From Lobosporangium transversale (Eukaryota), in the NCBI RefSeq assembly GCF_002105155.1, contig NW_019028979.1, positions 1,736,001 to 1,800,000 on the forward strand: a stretch of DNA of 64,000 bases, read 5' to 3'. A program made the translations under genes and the position numbers. Positions 52,616 to 64,000 of the stretch are shown piece by piece; position 1 is the stretch's first letter, and the number at the start of each line of letters is the position of its first letter. Under the pieces are notes generated by a model. That model ran no database searches. It worked only from the letters and a program-made list of their open reading frames with translations, and was not told the DNA's origin.

Positions 52616-53265
52616 TTGTGGAGAAAGAGTTGCTAAAGCGCAAAATTTTGAGCAATAGATATACAAAGCCATTCAAGATAGATCATTAGACCTGTCCATT
52701 TACACTCTGGAATGAAAAGTTAAAATGTACTTGTCTACAGGCAAATGAATGAGAGAAGAAAGAAGTAGCATATTGGTTTGACCTATAAGTCCATCCATTC
52801 AATTTCGGTGAAGCGAATTCGCTAATCTAGCCAGCATATGAATAGCGGTTAGTAAAGCGGCGCTAGAAGTGATAGCAGTTTTTTTAAAAAAAAAAAAAAA
52901 AAAGTGACCAATGTGAAAGAAGCATGAGGTATTGTAGTTTTTTTTTTTTTTTTTTTTTTTTTTCGGTCACTATCATTTGTCGGAGCAAATTATTCAAGCT
53001 CGTCAGGCTCGTTAGCTCGTTATAAAAGCTTAGCAGGCCAAAAGTCGATTACCCCTTGACAGCTAACCATAGTTTAATTCAGAATATCGACCTAGACATG
53101 TTGCCTGTTTGGAGATGAATGTAAAAGGACAGCAACAGGAGAGCATCCAACTAAGAGAAGCCAAAATTGCATGGCCATCGGTAGTTGACTTATTGACTAA
53201 TCTGCTTCATTTGTCTTTGAGTAACCTCTTCCAGAACAAACCAAGGACTGTGTTACATGCATATT

Positions 53266-53954
53266 ATGTCCTCCTACCTTTCCATTTTCACCGCCTCCTC
53301 TCGAGTCGTATCGCTGTTTTTTATGAATTCCTATTCTTAAATCCCTATCACGTCTCAACCGTTGGCGCTCAAACATGCCCTGAAGCAAGCACCCGTATGC
53401 CCTTTGCCCAAATTGGTTCGAGACTGCATGTTCAAGATGGGCCGTAAGACAAAAAAATGTATCATTTTTCTCTCTTGATCTCGCAGAATCATGGCCTCTT
53501 GATGCTGTCCCTTGAGCAGTCCACGAGTACGGGGATTCCACAAGTAATCAGGAATACTTTTGTATTGGCATCAACCAAACGCTTTTCATGCACGGTTGAG
53601 CCTATGATAGCTATCGAGCCAATACCGCTAATGCGAGTGCAAAATGGAGTACTGCTGCCACTCCTCTGCCTCGTGAGTGTGAGCTCCTAGTGGATTTTGC
53701 TACAGATTCCCAAAGAGGAGCGATTTACGGGTTTGTCACCTCTCTAACAATACTATTTGCGTACTTGGTGTTTTCGAAAAGGGATGGGAAGCTCGCTTTG
53801 TCAGCAATTGGCACGTTACTGATGGAGACTGAATTTGTCGACTCTGTTTGCAATAGCAACAGGAATAGCGACATGGCAGGTTACAGGCTTAAAGAAGAAA
53901 CATCAGTTGTACATTACATAATACCAGATCGGCTCAAGCTCACGGTCAACTATT
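53266..53954 (+). pseudogene. Kelch-TM pseudogene, copy D (exon 1 only)
   Basis: STVGAQTCPEASTRMPFAQIGSRLHVQDGP* and NSNRNS..GYRLKEETS match copies C/G. Frameshifts and stops; ends at the exon-1 donor (gtaagt 53955) with no recognisable exon 2 or 3. Confidence 0.85.
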
Positions 53955-54345
53955 GTAAGTGTTTCATTATCCCCTTAAATAGCTTTTTTATTACTATCTT
54001 CTTTCTCCTTTGGCGGTAAGGTCCACTTTAGGTTAGTTCGCTAATGAAATGACAAGCGGAGCAAAGGAGTAAAGGCGAAATAGTGAATACGTTTATACTA
54101 TCCATTTTTGAAGTATATGTGCATCTGAAGGCCGAAGATGAATCTGAGAGAGACAGGACATAGTGTATAAAAAAACGGAAGCGGAGATGTAGAATAGGAT
54201 ATTATAAAAGGCTTCATTTAGTTCTTCACTCTCCTGCATCACTACTCTACCCCAGAAAGTTTGTTATTCATCTACTTCGCCTTATTAATTACTGGACTGC
54301 TCTAATAGCCTTCCTACCTCTTTACTTGAACATATTCTCTTCTCT

Positions 54346-54378
<33 letters not shown>

Positions 54379-54670
54379 CCCCTTACTTTCTTTCTTTCTT
54401 TCTCTCTCCCTCTTCCATTATTATTTATCTTTGGCTAAAATTATCTGCCAAATCAAAAAATATGTTACTCACAAATGGCCAGCTGCTTCTTTTTATTGAA
54501 AAGTCCGCGGACTAAAGCAGATTAATCATTGGGACCAAACCATAACCTGCATCAGAATTACTAATCTATGTTTAACATTGTCTATGCGGAGATAAATGCG
54601 AAAAGGTGTCGTGGTATCATGAAAGTCATATATAGTAGAAGCCTGTAGCGCATACTACTATATCTTCAAA

Positions 54671-55489
54671 CTATTTACTTAAAATACGATCCGAATAGCT
54701 ATGATCATGGGCATAAGCTAGACTAAATGTTTCCTGAGGGCTTTGTCACAAATATGGCTACTCTTGGGGACTGCGCGATGATGGGATAGCGTGAAGGCCA
54801 CGGCAATCTTTTGATATAGTTCACCTTCACTTGGTAATCTTCATACTCAAATATCTTTCGTTCAGTGAAACCATGATCTTCAACCCCGCTTTTGCTTTCG
54901 TTTTTTATAGATTAACACGCTTACAATGAATGCTACTAAGGCCAGCCCTGCTACTGCTCGCTCTGCTATGGCTCCAATACGCAAGTACAGGGTCAGCCGG
55001 AGGCGGTGGACCGATAGGAGATGTGAGCGATGGATGGTCGCCTGAAGAAGTTGCGACCCACTCAAACTTGGCCAAATCGAACATAATGATTGAATCAAGC
55101 GGTTCAGTAGTCGGGTGCTTTTCACCACATCAAGCTACGAGCCGATCACTAACAATACCACAAGCAGCGTAGGCCCATGGTTCAGCTGCATCAGGACCCT
55201 TCTTTCATTCTCCTGAATTGAGGTCGAGGACAAGGATTTCTTAAGGAGGGACGACAAAGCCTGAGGGACCACCAGATACAAGAGTGAGATCTCCGAGGAC
55301 AACAATATTTGTACTATCCTCATCTAATGATAAAAGAAAGGTATGAAAAATGGCATATCAGAGAACTAAAAAAAAAAAAAAAAAAAAAAACATCTTTTAA
55401 TAAGGAATACGCACTAATGATCAAGCAGTCGTACATTCAATTGGTAGAAGCATATCCTTTCACAGGCTAAAAGTGGTCATCATTCAGTG

Positions 55490-55520
<31 letters not shown>

Positions 55521-56238
55521 CATTTTTCATTTTTTTCTGGCGATTATGAAGCACTTACAATAGTTGGCTATGGGCTTGAGTCAATTCGATATTCTGTGGT
55601 GTAAATCGTTGATGTCCCTTCAAGCCTATAACCCCCATAACACCGTTCCTGTTGATATCGGAAACAGACCTAATAAAGCCGGGATGAATCGGTAGTGAGC
55701 CATTACTGACAAAGTGGGCTTCTCATGCCTTTCAAAATGGTCGAGCATGCACATATATTGTTAGAGAGATAGACAAAACTGAAAACCATTTCTATTCGAG
55801 AGTCTATAGCAAAGTCCTTTAGGGGCCTGCACAATCCCGGCCTGGGGGAAGTAACAGAACCATTTCGCACCTGTATCATCGACATTAACTTGCTGGCTGT
55901 CTTAAAAAATATTATCGTAAATGTAAAGTGTTTGGTTAATACCTATTCTGATGTGTCCCTGATAACTTATGATATCTTCATATTTGTGGAGTGTCATGGT
56001 ATCAAGAGACCATGACACCGCGAGATCAAGAGAAAGATGGCTTATTTTTTTTGTCATACGGCCCACCTTGGAGATAGAGTCTCGAGCCAATTTAGGCAAA
56101 AGGCATACGAATGTTTGCTTCGGGACTTGTTGGAGCACTAACAGTTGAGACATAGTGGAGGATCAGGAACGGAAACTCCCAAAAGAATATAAATACAACT
56201 CGAGAAGGGGCAGTGAAAGTGAAAAAGCTGGAGAACAT
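54671..56238 (-). pseudogene. Full-length Kelch-TM pseudogene, copy E (C/G-like)
   Basis: All three exons recognisable, including the TM remnant IGAIAERAVAGLALVAFIVSVLIYKKRK. Frameshifts and the AWGG Trp codon changed to TGA near 55130. Confidence 0.82.
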
Positions 56239-56473
56239 AATACCCGGTTAAAAAGCAGGGAAGTCTACAAGTCAACTGTGACATGAAAAAAGATGAAATG
56301 AAGAAACGAGAGTGAAAGAGAATACATGGACAGGGTTGTGCTTTGACATAAGCCAAGCGCTCTTTGCTCATCCTCCTCGTTGATTAGACTTTTCAATACA
56401 GCCACTTTACTCATCTAATGTCGATTTTTTATTATTTATGTGCAGATGGATGGTTGTTCAAATCATAATTGGC

Positions 56474-58165
56474 TCACTGCCCTATATCTTCGTGTTCTAG
56501 AGCAAGTTCTCCATGAGGGTTCCGACCTAGAAGAGGCATTTGCTGAGGATGACGTGAGGTGTTGTCTATCAGCTGAGGACTATAAACTGGAGTCTTGCCA
56601 TAGTCCTCAGACACTCCTTCCATTAAGCCATGCTCTTGCTTGCCATAGTATTCGGGCGGAGCATGTCCTTGCTTGACATCTTTCGCTTCAGGGATCTCGC
56701 TCTTCTGGTTCTTTTGTCTCCGCCGCCTGTAAATGAACACTCCTGCAACAGTCGCTATAGCAGCCAAGGCTCCGATAACCCCTCCTATAATGGCTCCAAT
56801 ATTAATACTTGAAGATTCATTCTTCGTCGGAGCAGGAGCCTCAGACGTTACTGAAGCTCCTGGAGACGCGGTGGTAGTCGGTTTGGTGGGCAGTAGGTAA
56901 CTCGGAGGTGTATAAGTTGTAACCCATTCAAACTTGGATAGATCGAATAACAACATTGATCCATCACCACTTGGGTTTTTAGTATTCTGGCCACCCCAGA
57001 TTATGAATTGGTCCCCAACCAGGGCACAAGCAGGAAAGCTGCGAGGCGAAGTCGCATTAGGAGCCTTTCTCCACTCTTTCGAATTAAGATCCAGCACATA
57101 TAGTTCAGGAGTAGGTGGTTCCGCCCACCCGGGAATGCCTCCAAAGACAGCAATCTTGGTCCCATTTGCATCTATCATTTACAAAGCGCAAGGAGGTAGG
57201 AGCATAAAAGCACAGTTATTAGAATCATTGCTCATGCGGACTACATTCACAGATATGACATGAATGAAAGGAGTAAGGAATATAGTAAACAATACCGATG
57301 GCCATGCAGTTTTCACGTTTAAAGGTTGGTTCCTCACCTATTACATTCTAAAGAAAGGTATGGACAGGAGATGAATAGTACTGAGTCAATAGTCATATCG
57401 AGTCTATAGATGACTGACCGTTTTAATAAAGAAAGTAAAGATCGAAATAAGAGTGGAGTGGACATTTACAAACAGTGACCATGAATTGGTATCGATCGAG
57501 TATTCCAAAAGGTAACCCCAGACATTGTCCATTAATCGCCTGTACCCTAACATGAATGATGCCCTGGCACTGTTGTAGACAGCACCATGAATCATTCTCT
57601 GCCCAAATAAGTCATCGGGAATCCGACGTATGTATGGAGACTGTGATATTCTTTGGTCCACACACATGCTCGTTGGCAAATCCATGGAAAAGGTATACGT
57701 CCATCCGGTCCTGAGATCCATACTAATCTCATGTGCAAAGTGAAGGCACTGCTGAGTCCAAAAAAAGTCAATCGTTCTCCATTGTGCATTGGGATTAGTA
57801 ATATTGACTCGCTTAAAGGTTCCATTATTCGGGTAGTGTATCACTAAGGATCTATCATCGGTTACTGCCCAACTATCTGGGTCATTGGGGATATCGCCGA
57901 AAGCCTCAGCTGTCCAAGCAGGTGTATCGACCGACCATGATGTTGTAAGATCTAACGAGAAAACCGATGTGTTATTAGCAGAGCGTGGACCGCTCTGGAC
58001 ATAAAACTTTGATCCCACTTGTGCATATGGCATTCGAGTATTAGGGATTGGAGCGATTTGTGCATGAATGCTTGAGATAACCTGGAATGGAGTGGATAGA
58101 AAGCAAAGGAAGAGAAGCGGCAAGGCTCGAGTGAATATGCCAAAGGAGGACGAGTGAGAGGTCAT
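56474..58165 (-). CDS. Kelch-like propeller single-pass membrane protein, copy F (~481 aa)
   Basis: Exons 58165-57470, 57347-57296 (52 nt), 57171-56474 (1446 nt). Signal peptide, blades, TM IGAIIGGVIGALAAIATVAGVFIY then RRRR, tail YSPQ/RHPQ/RNPH. Confidence 0.87.
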
Positions 58166-60108
58166 GGTTGCGGCAGAATAACAAAGCTCTCCAAAGCTGG
58201 TGGAAGGAACAGTCTCAAAAAGGGAAAGTGTTCTCTCTTTTTTATTTTCTTTTTTTTTTCGGACAAGACAAAGGAAAGGAATGAGAAAGCTGGGATGAAT
58301 CAGGTCAGGTCATGAGGAAAGAGATGTGCATTCTCTTTCTCCCATCATCCTCGCTGACCGTTGTGAATGCTCTCTCAAGAAGGCCTACTACTGTATCCCA
58401 AGCATGCAGGATCCAAATTAAGTTTGATACAACGTAATAAACAAATAGGCAAGCACACAATGTCTGTTTTCATGGACCATGCATACAAAAGATGTAACAT
58501 CTCTGACACAGGGCCTCAGCTCATTTACCAACTGAAATCATCTTGCTGATTCTCCTCCATCTCGACCATACTTTTGTCTCCTCCGCGTCAACCTGTCAAC
58601 GGTGGTCTTCACTTGTAGAGTGATATCAGCAACATATCTGGCGGCGCTTAGTATTACGAGGCTACTCCTTTACGGTTACGTGTAATTGATAGGGGCTCAA
58701 GTCCCTTGAAAGATCGTCAACTCCGTCTGTGCTTCCCTCAGCCTGCGACTGTAGCTGACAACAACAAAAGCAAGCGGCTATTTGTGAAAGCGAAGATGTG
58801 CCATTGCTAAAGGGTGCGGCTTCTAGCAATAACTGTCGAAAAGTCCCATCAGACAGAGCATATCAGCAATATTCATCCACCGCTTCTGAGTTCAGGCTAA
58901 TAGAGGATAATTACACCGTTCTTGACGATCAGACTACATCCATATTGAATCAGAAGGGCAAACAGTAAACAAATGAATCGGCACTGGAGACTAGCAATCA
59001 GAAACAAGAAAATGTCATGAATCCAAACCAAGATGGCTCCAAAAATGATAAAGATAATTTTGAAGAGCGACGACTGGACCATCATGGAGAGAACTGGAAG
59101 GCGCACTACCAACTGACAAGCAAGTGGTATCAAGGATGTGCCAAGGACTACTTTCCGCTCGTACTGTCTTCAAATACCACACTTTCTTCAGCAACGCAGG
59201 CACCTTAAGGAATATCTCTCTCTCGAACGCTAACTCATCCTTATCATCCACTGGGTCGCCCTCTGGGCCAAGCTCTACATATGATGCAATAAAGCTCCAG
59301 CACTATCGCAACCTGTCAACCCCTGTGCAGCGACCCATATTAAAATGTTAAGGAAAAGAAGGCCATCAACTGTAGTAAGTTTGCAATATGAAGGGCTAGG
59401 ACACACAGTACTAGTCTAGCAAGGCATTCGAAGCGGAGCTTGATACCAAACAGGACTTGTACAGAGGCTACTCTAGATGACTACCAAATAACTTTTATTA
59501 GCTCCAACCCTCATTATCATGAGAAGCGCACAATACCTATCAACAAAATCATGCATTTCCTGTAATAGATACCAATGGATCCTGGTTATGTTCTCGCATA
59601 GAAGCGATATCCTTTTTATGGGGAGAAGGAAAAGAAAGATTATTTCGATCAAGTGGATAGACAAGCAGTAAGAGTCGAGTACACAAGCATGCGGCGATAT
59701 CATGTGTGAGGTTGTGCACGTACCATGTCGAACGGAACATGGATTACAAACTTAATTTTACAACAAAAGCGCGATGCAACAAACCCAGGTTGCAATGGGC
59801 GTGTCTGATGCATTGCAAGCGACGCTCTCTTCCTTGCTTGCATTCATACTCTAGCAAAGGTATTTGGTAGATTCTCAGTTGCTCAGATGCGATAATCGAA
59901 CAAAAGCCATGATCTTCAAAATAAAAGCATACGTACTCCATTTGACCTCGATTTGGCGGCGCTCGCTCTGTATACGTTTAATGATTTTGTCGCTATTTTG
60001 GTGGCAACGGCAGTATAAAAGACATTTTTTTCCATTTTTCTCTTTCTTCTTCTCTTCTCTTCTCAACTCTTCACACTCTCCCCTTCTCATTTCTCACACA
60101 GTTTTATT

Positions 60109-60430
60109 TCGCTGCAGGCACCCGCTGGTTGGCCCCAGAGGTGTCCTGTTTTGACACTCAAGGTATACTCCCAGCCTTGCTTAGTCTCCCCTTTCTCTTT
60201 CTCTTTCTCTCCTCTTTCGCTGCAGGCACCCACTGGTTGGCCCCAGAGGTGTCCTGTTTTGGCACTCAAGGTATACTCCCAGCCTTGCTTAGTCTCCCCT
60301 TTCTCTTTCTCCCTCTCCTCTCGCTGCAGGCACCCACTGGTTGGCCCCAGAGGTGTCCTGTTTTGGCACTCAAGGTGTACTCCCAGCCTTGCTTAGTCTC
60401 CCTTTTCTCTTTTTCTTCCTCCCCTTTTCT
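60109..60430 (+). repeat. Three tandem copies of a 104-108 bp unit, each with two hairpins and a pyrimidine tract
   Basis: Units start at 60109, 60217 and 60321: TCGCTGCAGGCACCCRCTGGTTGGCCCCAGAGGTGTCCTGTTTTGRCACTCAAGGTRTACTCCCAGCCTTGCTTAGTCTCCC followed by a CT-rich spacer. Confidence 0.95.
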
Positions 60431-60483
60431 TTCGTACGAGGGTTTTTTTTTTGCATTGTTTTCCCTCGTTAAAAAAAATAAAC

Positions 60484-60619
60484 GGAGCGCGACAAGCCAG
60501 ACCACCTCCTCGTGGTGCGCTCCGGACAACATCTTTTCTTTTCCTTCTGCTGGTTCCAGCTACCACTAGCAAAGCAAAAAAAAAAAAAAAAAAAAAAAAA
60601 GATGGCCAAGCGTCTGGCT
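60484..60619 (+). ncRNA. HDV-like (nested double pseudoknot) self-cleaving ribozyme
   Basis: P1 GGAGCGC (60484-90)/GCGCTCC (60517-23); P2 AGCCAGACC (60495-503)/G[C]GTCTGGCT (60610-19); P3 ACC/GGT; L3 TCCTCGT; P1.1 CC/GG (60524-25); ACAA; P4 CATCTTTT/AAAAGATG; J4/2 GCCAA with the catalytic-position C at 60606. Confidence 0.88.
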
Positions 60620-61792
60620 CAGACTAGTTTGTAGTACTATGATAGAAGCATGTATCGGAATAAAGCTCTGAGTATAGGGTTAAAATAAATAAACAAGCTT
60701 TCAAATCCTTTTTTATGTCTCCATTATAAATGAAAAATGTGGCAAGATGGACTAAGGTAAAAACAATACTTCGTATACGTTTCTTCTTGGAAAAAGAAAA
60801 AAAAGAAAAGAGAGATAACAATAGGAGCCTGGTGCCTTGTAGCTGTAGCTTAGGAAAGGGCGGTAACAAACAGTTGCCAGATAATAAAGAAAAGAAAATA
60901 AAGCATGGCTTTTTGGCCTGTAAGGATCTCTCGCATCTCTCTATACCTCTTTATATCTCTTACATTTTATTTCTCGACTGTCTTTTTGTAGGATACGCCA
61001 TACCGACAGAGCTTCAATACCTGCGTTTCTTTTGTGTCGAAAAAGCTAGTGTTAGAAACCGATGGCTGGCTGGCTTCGCTAGGGGAAATGGTGCTCGTAA
61101 TCAATCCCCTTCTGTATAGCTTTTGTATCCGTTCTTTGCTTTCGCATCTTCGTATACACTACTCGCCATCCCGCCATATCACTATTCAGCCACATACACT
61201 ACTACTACTCTAAACAGCTGCTTTGCTTCGTATTATAATAAACTATGTGCTGTCTCTCTTAGACCCATCTTGGGTCCACAGGCGCCCCCCCCCCTAATGG
61301 TGGATCTGGATAGCATAGTTACATTCCCTACCTCGTCGTTCTACTCCTCTACTCCGTTTATCATTTCATAAACGAAGCAATTTGGAGCGAACCTTTGCTT
61401 ACAACGGAAAAAGGGAAATGGCAAAGGGAATGAGTTCCTCACTTCTTCTTCAATGCTGTTCACTTTGGCTATCCAGTCTTTCTTCCATTTCTCTTTATTG
61501 ACGCTTGACCCGCTCTCTTATCTCTCCTTCGCGCTTTTTCTTATATATCTTTGGCCATCATCATCTATCGGAGCAAATTGTACGGACTCATTGATCGCTA
61601 TTGGTTCATTGCTGGTCCTAGCCAAGAAGTCTGCAGATTGAAATTGACTTGTCGCTGACAGCAAACCATAGCTGCTTCCGGACTATTAATCTAGGTTTAT
61701 TGTCTATATGGAGGTAAATGTGAAAAGGTATTCCAGCACCATATACATCGTATACAGTAGATATCTATAGCTCACGCTACTAAACCTTCAGA

Positions 61793-62656
61793 TTATGCTT
61801 CTAAAACACGATTTGCATGGTCCTGATCATGGTCATGAGTGAGGCTAGGTGTCCATTGAGGATCACGTCCCAAGCAAGGATACTGTTGAGGGCTGCGTGG
61901 TGACGAGGCGGCGTGAGGATTACGGTATGTGAGTTCATTCTTATGCTGTGGCTCGTCTTCATTTGATCTCTTAGGGTTGTCTATTTGCTTCACCTTCTGC
62001 TCAATGAGTCCATGCTCTTCACTTGGCCTTTGCTTTCGCCTTCTATAGATGAGGACAGCTACGATCAATGCTACCAAGACTAACCCTGCTACTGCTCCAC
62101 CTACTATCGCTCCAATATTAGTATTTGAAGCCTTAGTTGTAGGGATACCTGAAGATGATGGGCCGGAAGAGGGTGTAGAAGATGGATGGTCGTCTGAGGA
62201 AGCCTTAAGCCACTCAAACTTGGCCAGATCAAACACAACGATCGAATCATATGGGTCGCTCGTCGAATCTTTTTCACCACCCCAGGCTACAAACCGATCA
62301 CCAGCAAGGCCACAGGCAGCACTGGCTCGTGGTTCAGCTGCATCAGGACCCTTCTTCCACTCTCCTGAATTGAGATCGAGGACAAAGATTTCTGATGAAG
62401 CGATATTAAAGCCTGGAGGGCCACTAGATGCAGGGATTCGGCCTCCGAAGACAACAATCTTTGTATTATTCTCATCTAAGGGTGGTCGAAAAAGATAAAT
62501 ACGCTAATGAATATATGCTATGTCAGAACACTGGCATCCAAAAACTGCTCGAAATAGGGAAACGTACTGATGACCATGCAATTCTCCTCTCTTGTGGTAG
62601 GGACTTGTCCTTTCACAGGCTAAAAGTAATCAATAACAGGTTTTCATTCAGTGGGA

Positions 62657-62689
<33 letters not shown>

Positions 62690-63417
62690 GTAAACATTAT
62701 GGGATTTGCACTTACAATAATTGACCATGAGTTTGAGTCGATATGATATTCTGTAATGTATGCTGCTGATGTAGCTTGTTGAAGTTTGTAGCCTCCCATA
62801 ATGCTGTTCCTGTTACTGTTGTAAACAACACCTTCAAAGTAGATCTCCCACAGTCGTGTGCCATTGTTGTATGGGCGGGCTCGCCATTTCGCGTCGGAAC
62901 TCTTAAGCTCGCACATGATATTTAAGGGTTGAGTGGAAACGGTGTAGAACACTCCTGTTCGAGGGTCTATGGTAATGGCTCCAGGGTAGCCACAGATGTC
63001 ATATATACCAGTAGGAAACTCACTCCACCTCGCACCCGCATCTGCGAGATTGATTCGATAGCCCACATTGCCACTACCTATCATGTAAAGCATCTGATTA
63101 AAGCCAAGGCCATAATATTTTTTCTCGCTTGTGAAATTTCCATAATTGTGGGCCGTCCAAGGGAGAGCACCAAGAGACCATGATGCTGCGAGATCAAGAG
63201 AGAAAAATGGTCCGTCCCTAGTATCAAACGGCCCGCCTTGGACATAGAGTCTCGAACCAATTTGAGCAAAGGGCACGCGAGTGTTTGCCTCGGGACGTGT
63301 CTGAGCACCAACAGTTGAGATGTGATGAAGGATATGGAGGATCAAGTGCAAGAGCTTATATAAGAACAGTGGTGCAGCTCGAGCGGAGACGGTGCAAATG
63401 GAAAAGCAGGAGGTCAT
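61793..63417 (-). CDS. Kelch-like propeller single-pass membrane protein, copy G (~478 aa; close paralog of C)
   Basis: Exons 63417-62716, 62619-62568 (52 nt), 62475-61793 (1437 nt). Exon 3 and the 3' flank are nearly identical to copy C. Confidence 0.87.
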
Positions 63418-64000
63418 AATAAGTAACGTAGTCCTTGGTTTGTCCTGGAAGAGATTAACTCAACTGTGACATGAGAAGGTGTGAGATGTAAGAGGAAACA
63501 AGAATGAATGCATAATGAGGATTGTATCATGACATGAGCTGAGGTGTTCTTTGCTCATCCTGTTGATGACTTTTCGATACATCCACTTTGATCTGCCCTT
63601 GCTTGTACTCTGGATTTATCGGACACATGTAGCATCATTTTATGACAAGGAATGGAAGCATTACGTTCATTCCATGCCAACTTTCATTTTCCAGGAGTTC
63701 CATGCGTTATTCCTCAACAGCTTTATATTTTGGGAGGTTCCAGCGGACGGAAGAGATTTGCCCTTGTCTACAGGCACGCTCTTAATTGGTGTGTCATTGT
63801 GCCTGCATAATCTCCTTGCTTGCATGGGCTCAGAAGTGGGCGAATATTCACCTCTTCTCACAGAAGTGTACACCACACTTTTCCAAATGTCATGGCATGA
63901 ATTGATCCATTGTTTCTTCACTTTTCTAAAAAAGTTTTGCCTTTTCAAGACAATGTCCTGTTTTTCTGCCGCAACCATGGCCTCTCACTCGTCCACCCTT

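Noticed and set aside
58550..60100. Possible decayed transposase or other mobile element between copy F and the tandem repeat
   Set aside because: Only short ORFs, with no catalytic motif or terminal repeats identified.
60109..60430. Tandem repeat as a CRISPR array, a coding repeat or a hammerhead/HDV ribozyme
   Set aside because: Eukaryotic context, no unique spacers and no cas genes. The ORFs over it are repeat artefacts. The unit has no CUGANGA core and no HDV L3/P1.1 on either strand.
60549..60628. Hairpin plus CTAG as a Helitron 3' end
   Set aside because: The hairpins are tiny and badly spaced, and the same bases are better explained as ribozyme P4 and P2.
63667..63978. Minus-strand ORF with WINSCHDIWKS resembling a LINE ORF2 C-terminus
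   Set aside because: One weak motif at the window edge; it needs flanking sequence and a homology search.

Overview
Eukaryotic, intron-rich fungal DNA with very abundant poly(A)/poly(T) runs; gene families and style suggest Mucoromycota, probably Mortierellaceae (inference). Hand-spliced conserved genes: a mitochondrial glycine carrier (SLC25A38/Hem25-like) head-to-head with PWP2/UTP1, a GH89 alpha-N-acetylglucosaminidase, a Fyv7/TAP26-like protein, RPL43, HUB1, a Bck1/Mkh1-type MAPKKK, and a ~3,640-aa multi-Ig-like (ASH/PapD-like) protein. Accessory content: seven copies (4 intact, 3 pseudogenes) of a signal peptide-Kelch-like propeller-TM-RxP[QH]-tail receptor-like family in two mostly oppositely oriented clusters, a GPI-type protein with six copies of an unrecognised twin-CxxxC domain, an F-box/LRR-like pseudogene and a decayed 25S/28S rRNA fragment. 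The strongest non-coding signal is a complete HDV-like self-cleaving ribozyme fold at 60484-60619, preceded by three structured ~105-bp tandem repeats and lying between two Kelch-TM genes. Three introns appear to use GC donors. All calls come from reading the sequence; no searches or folding programs were run.
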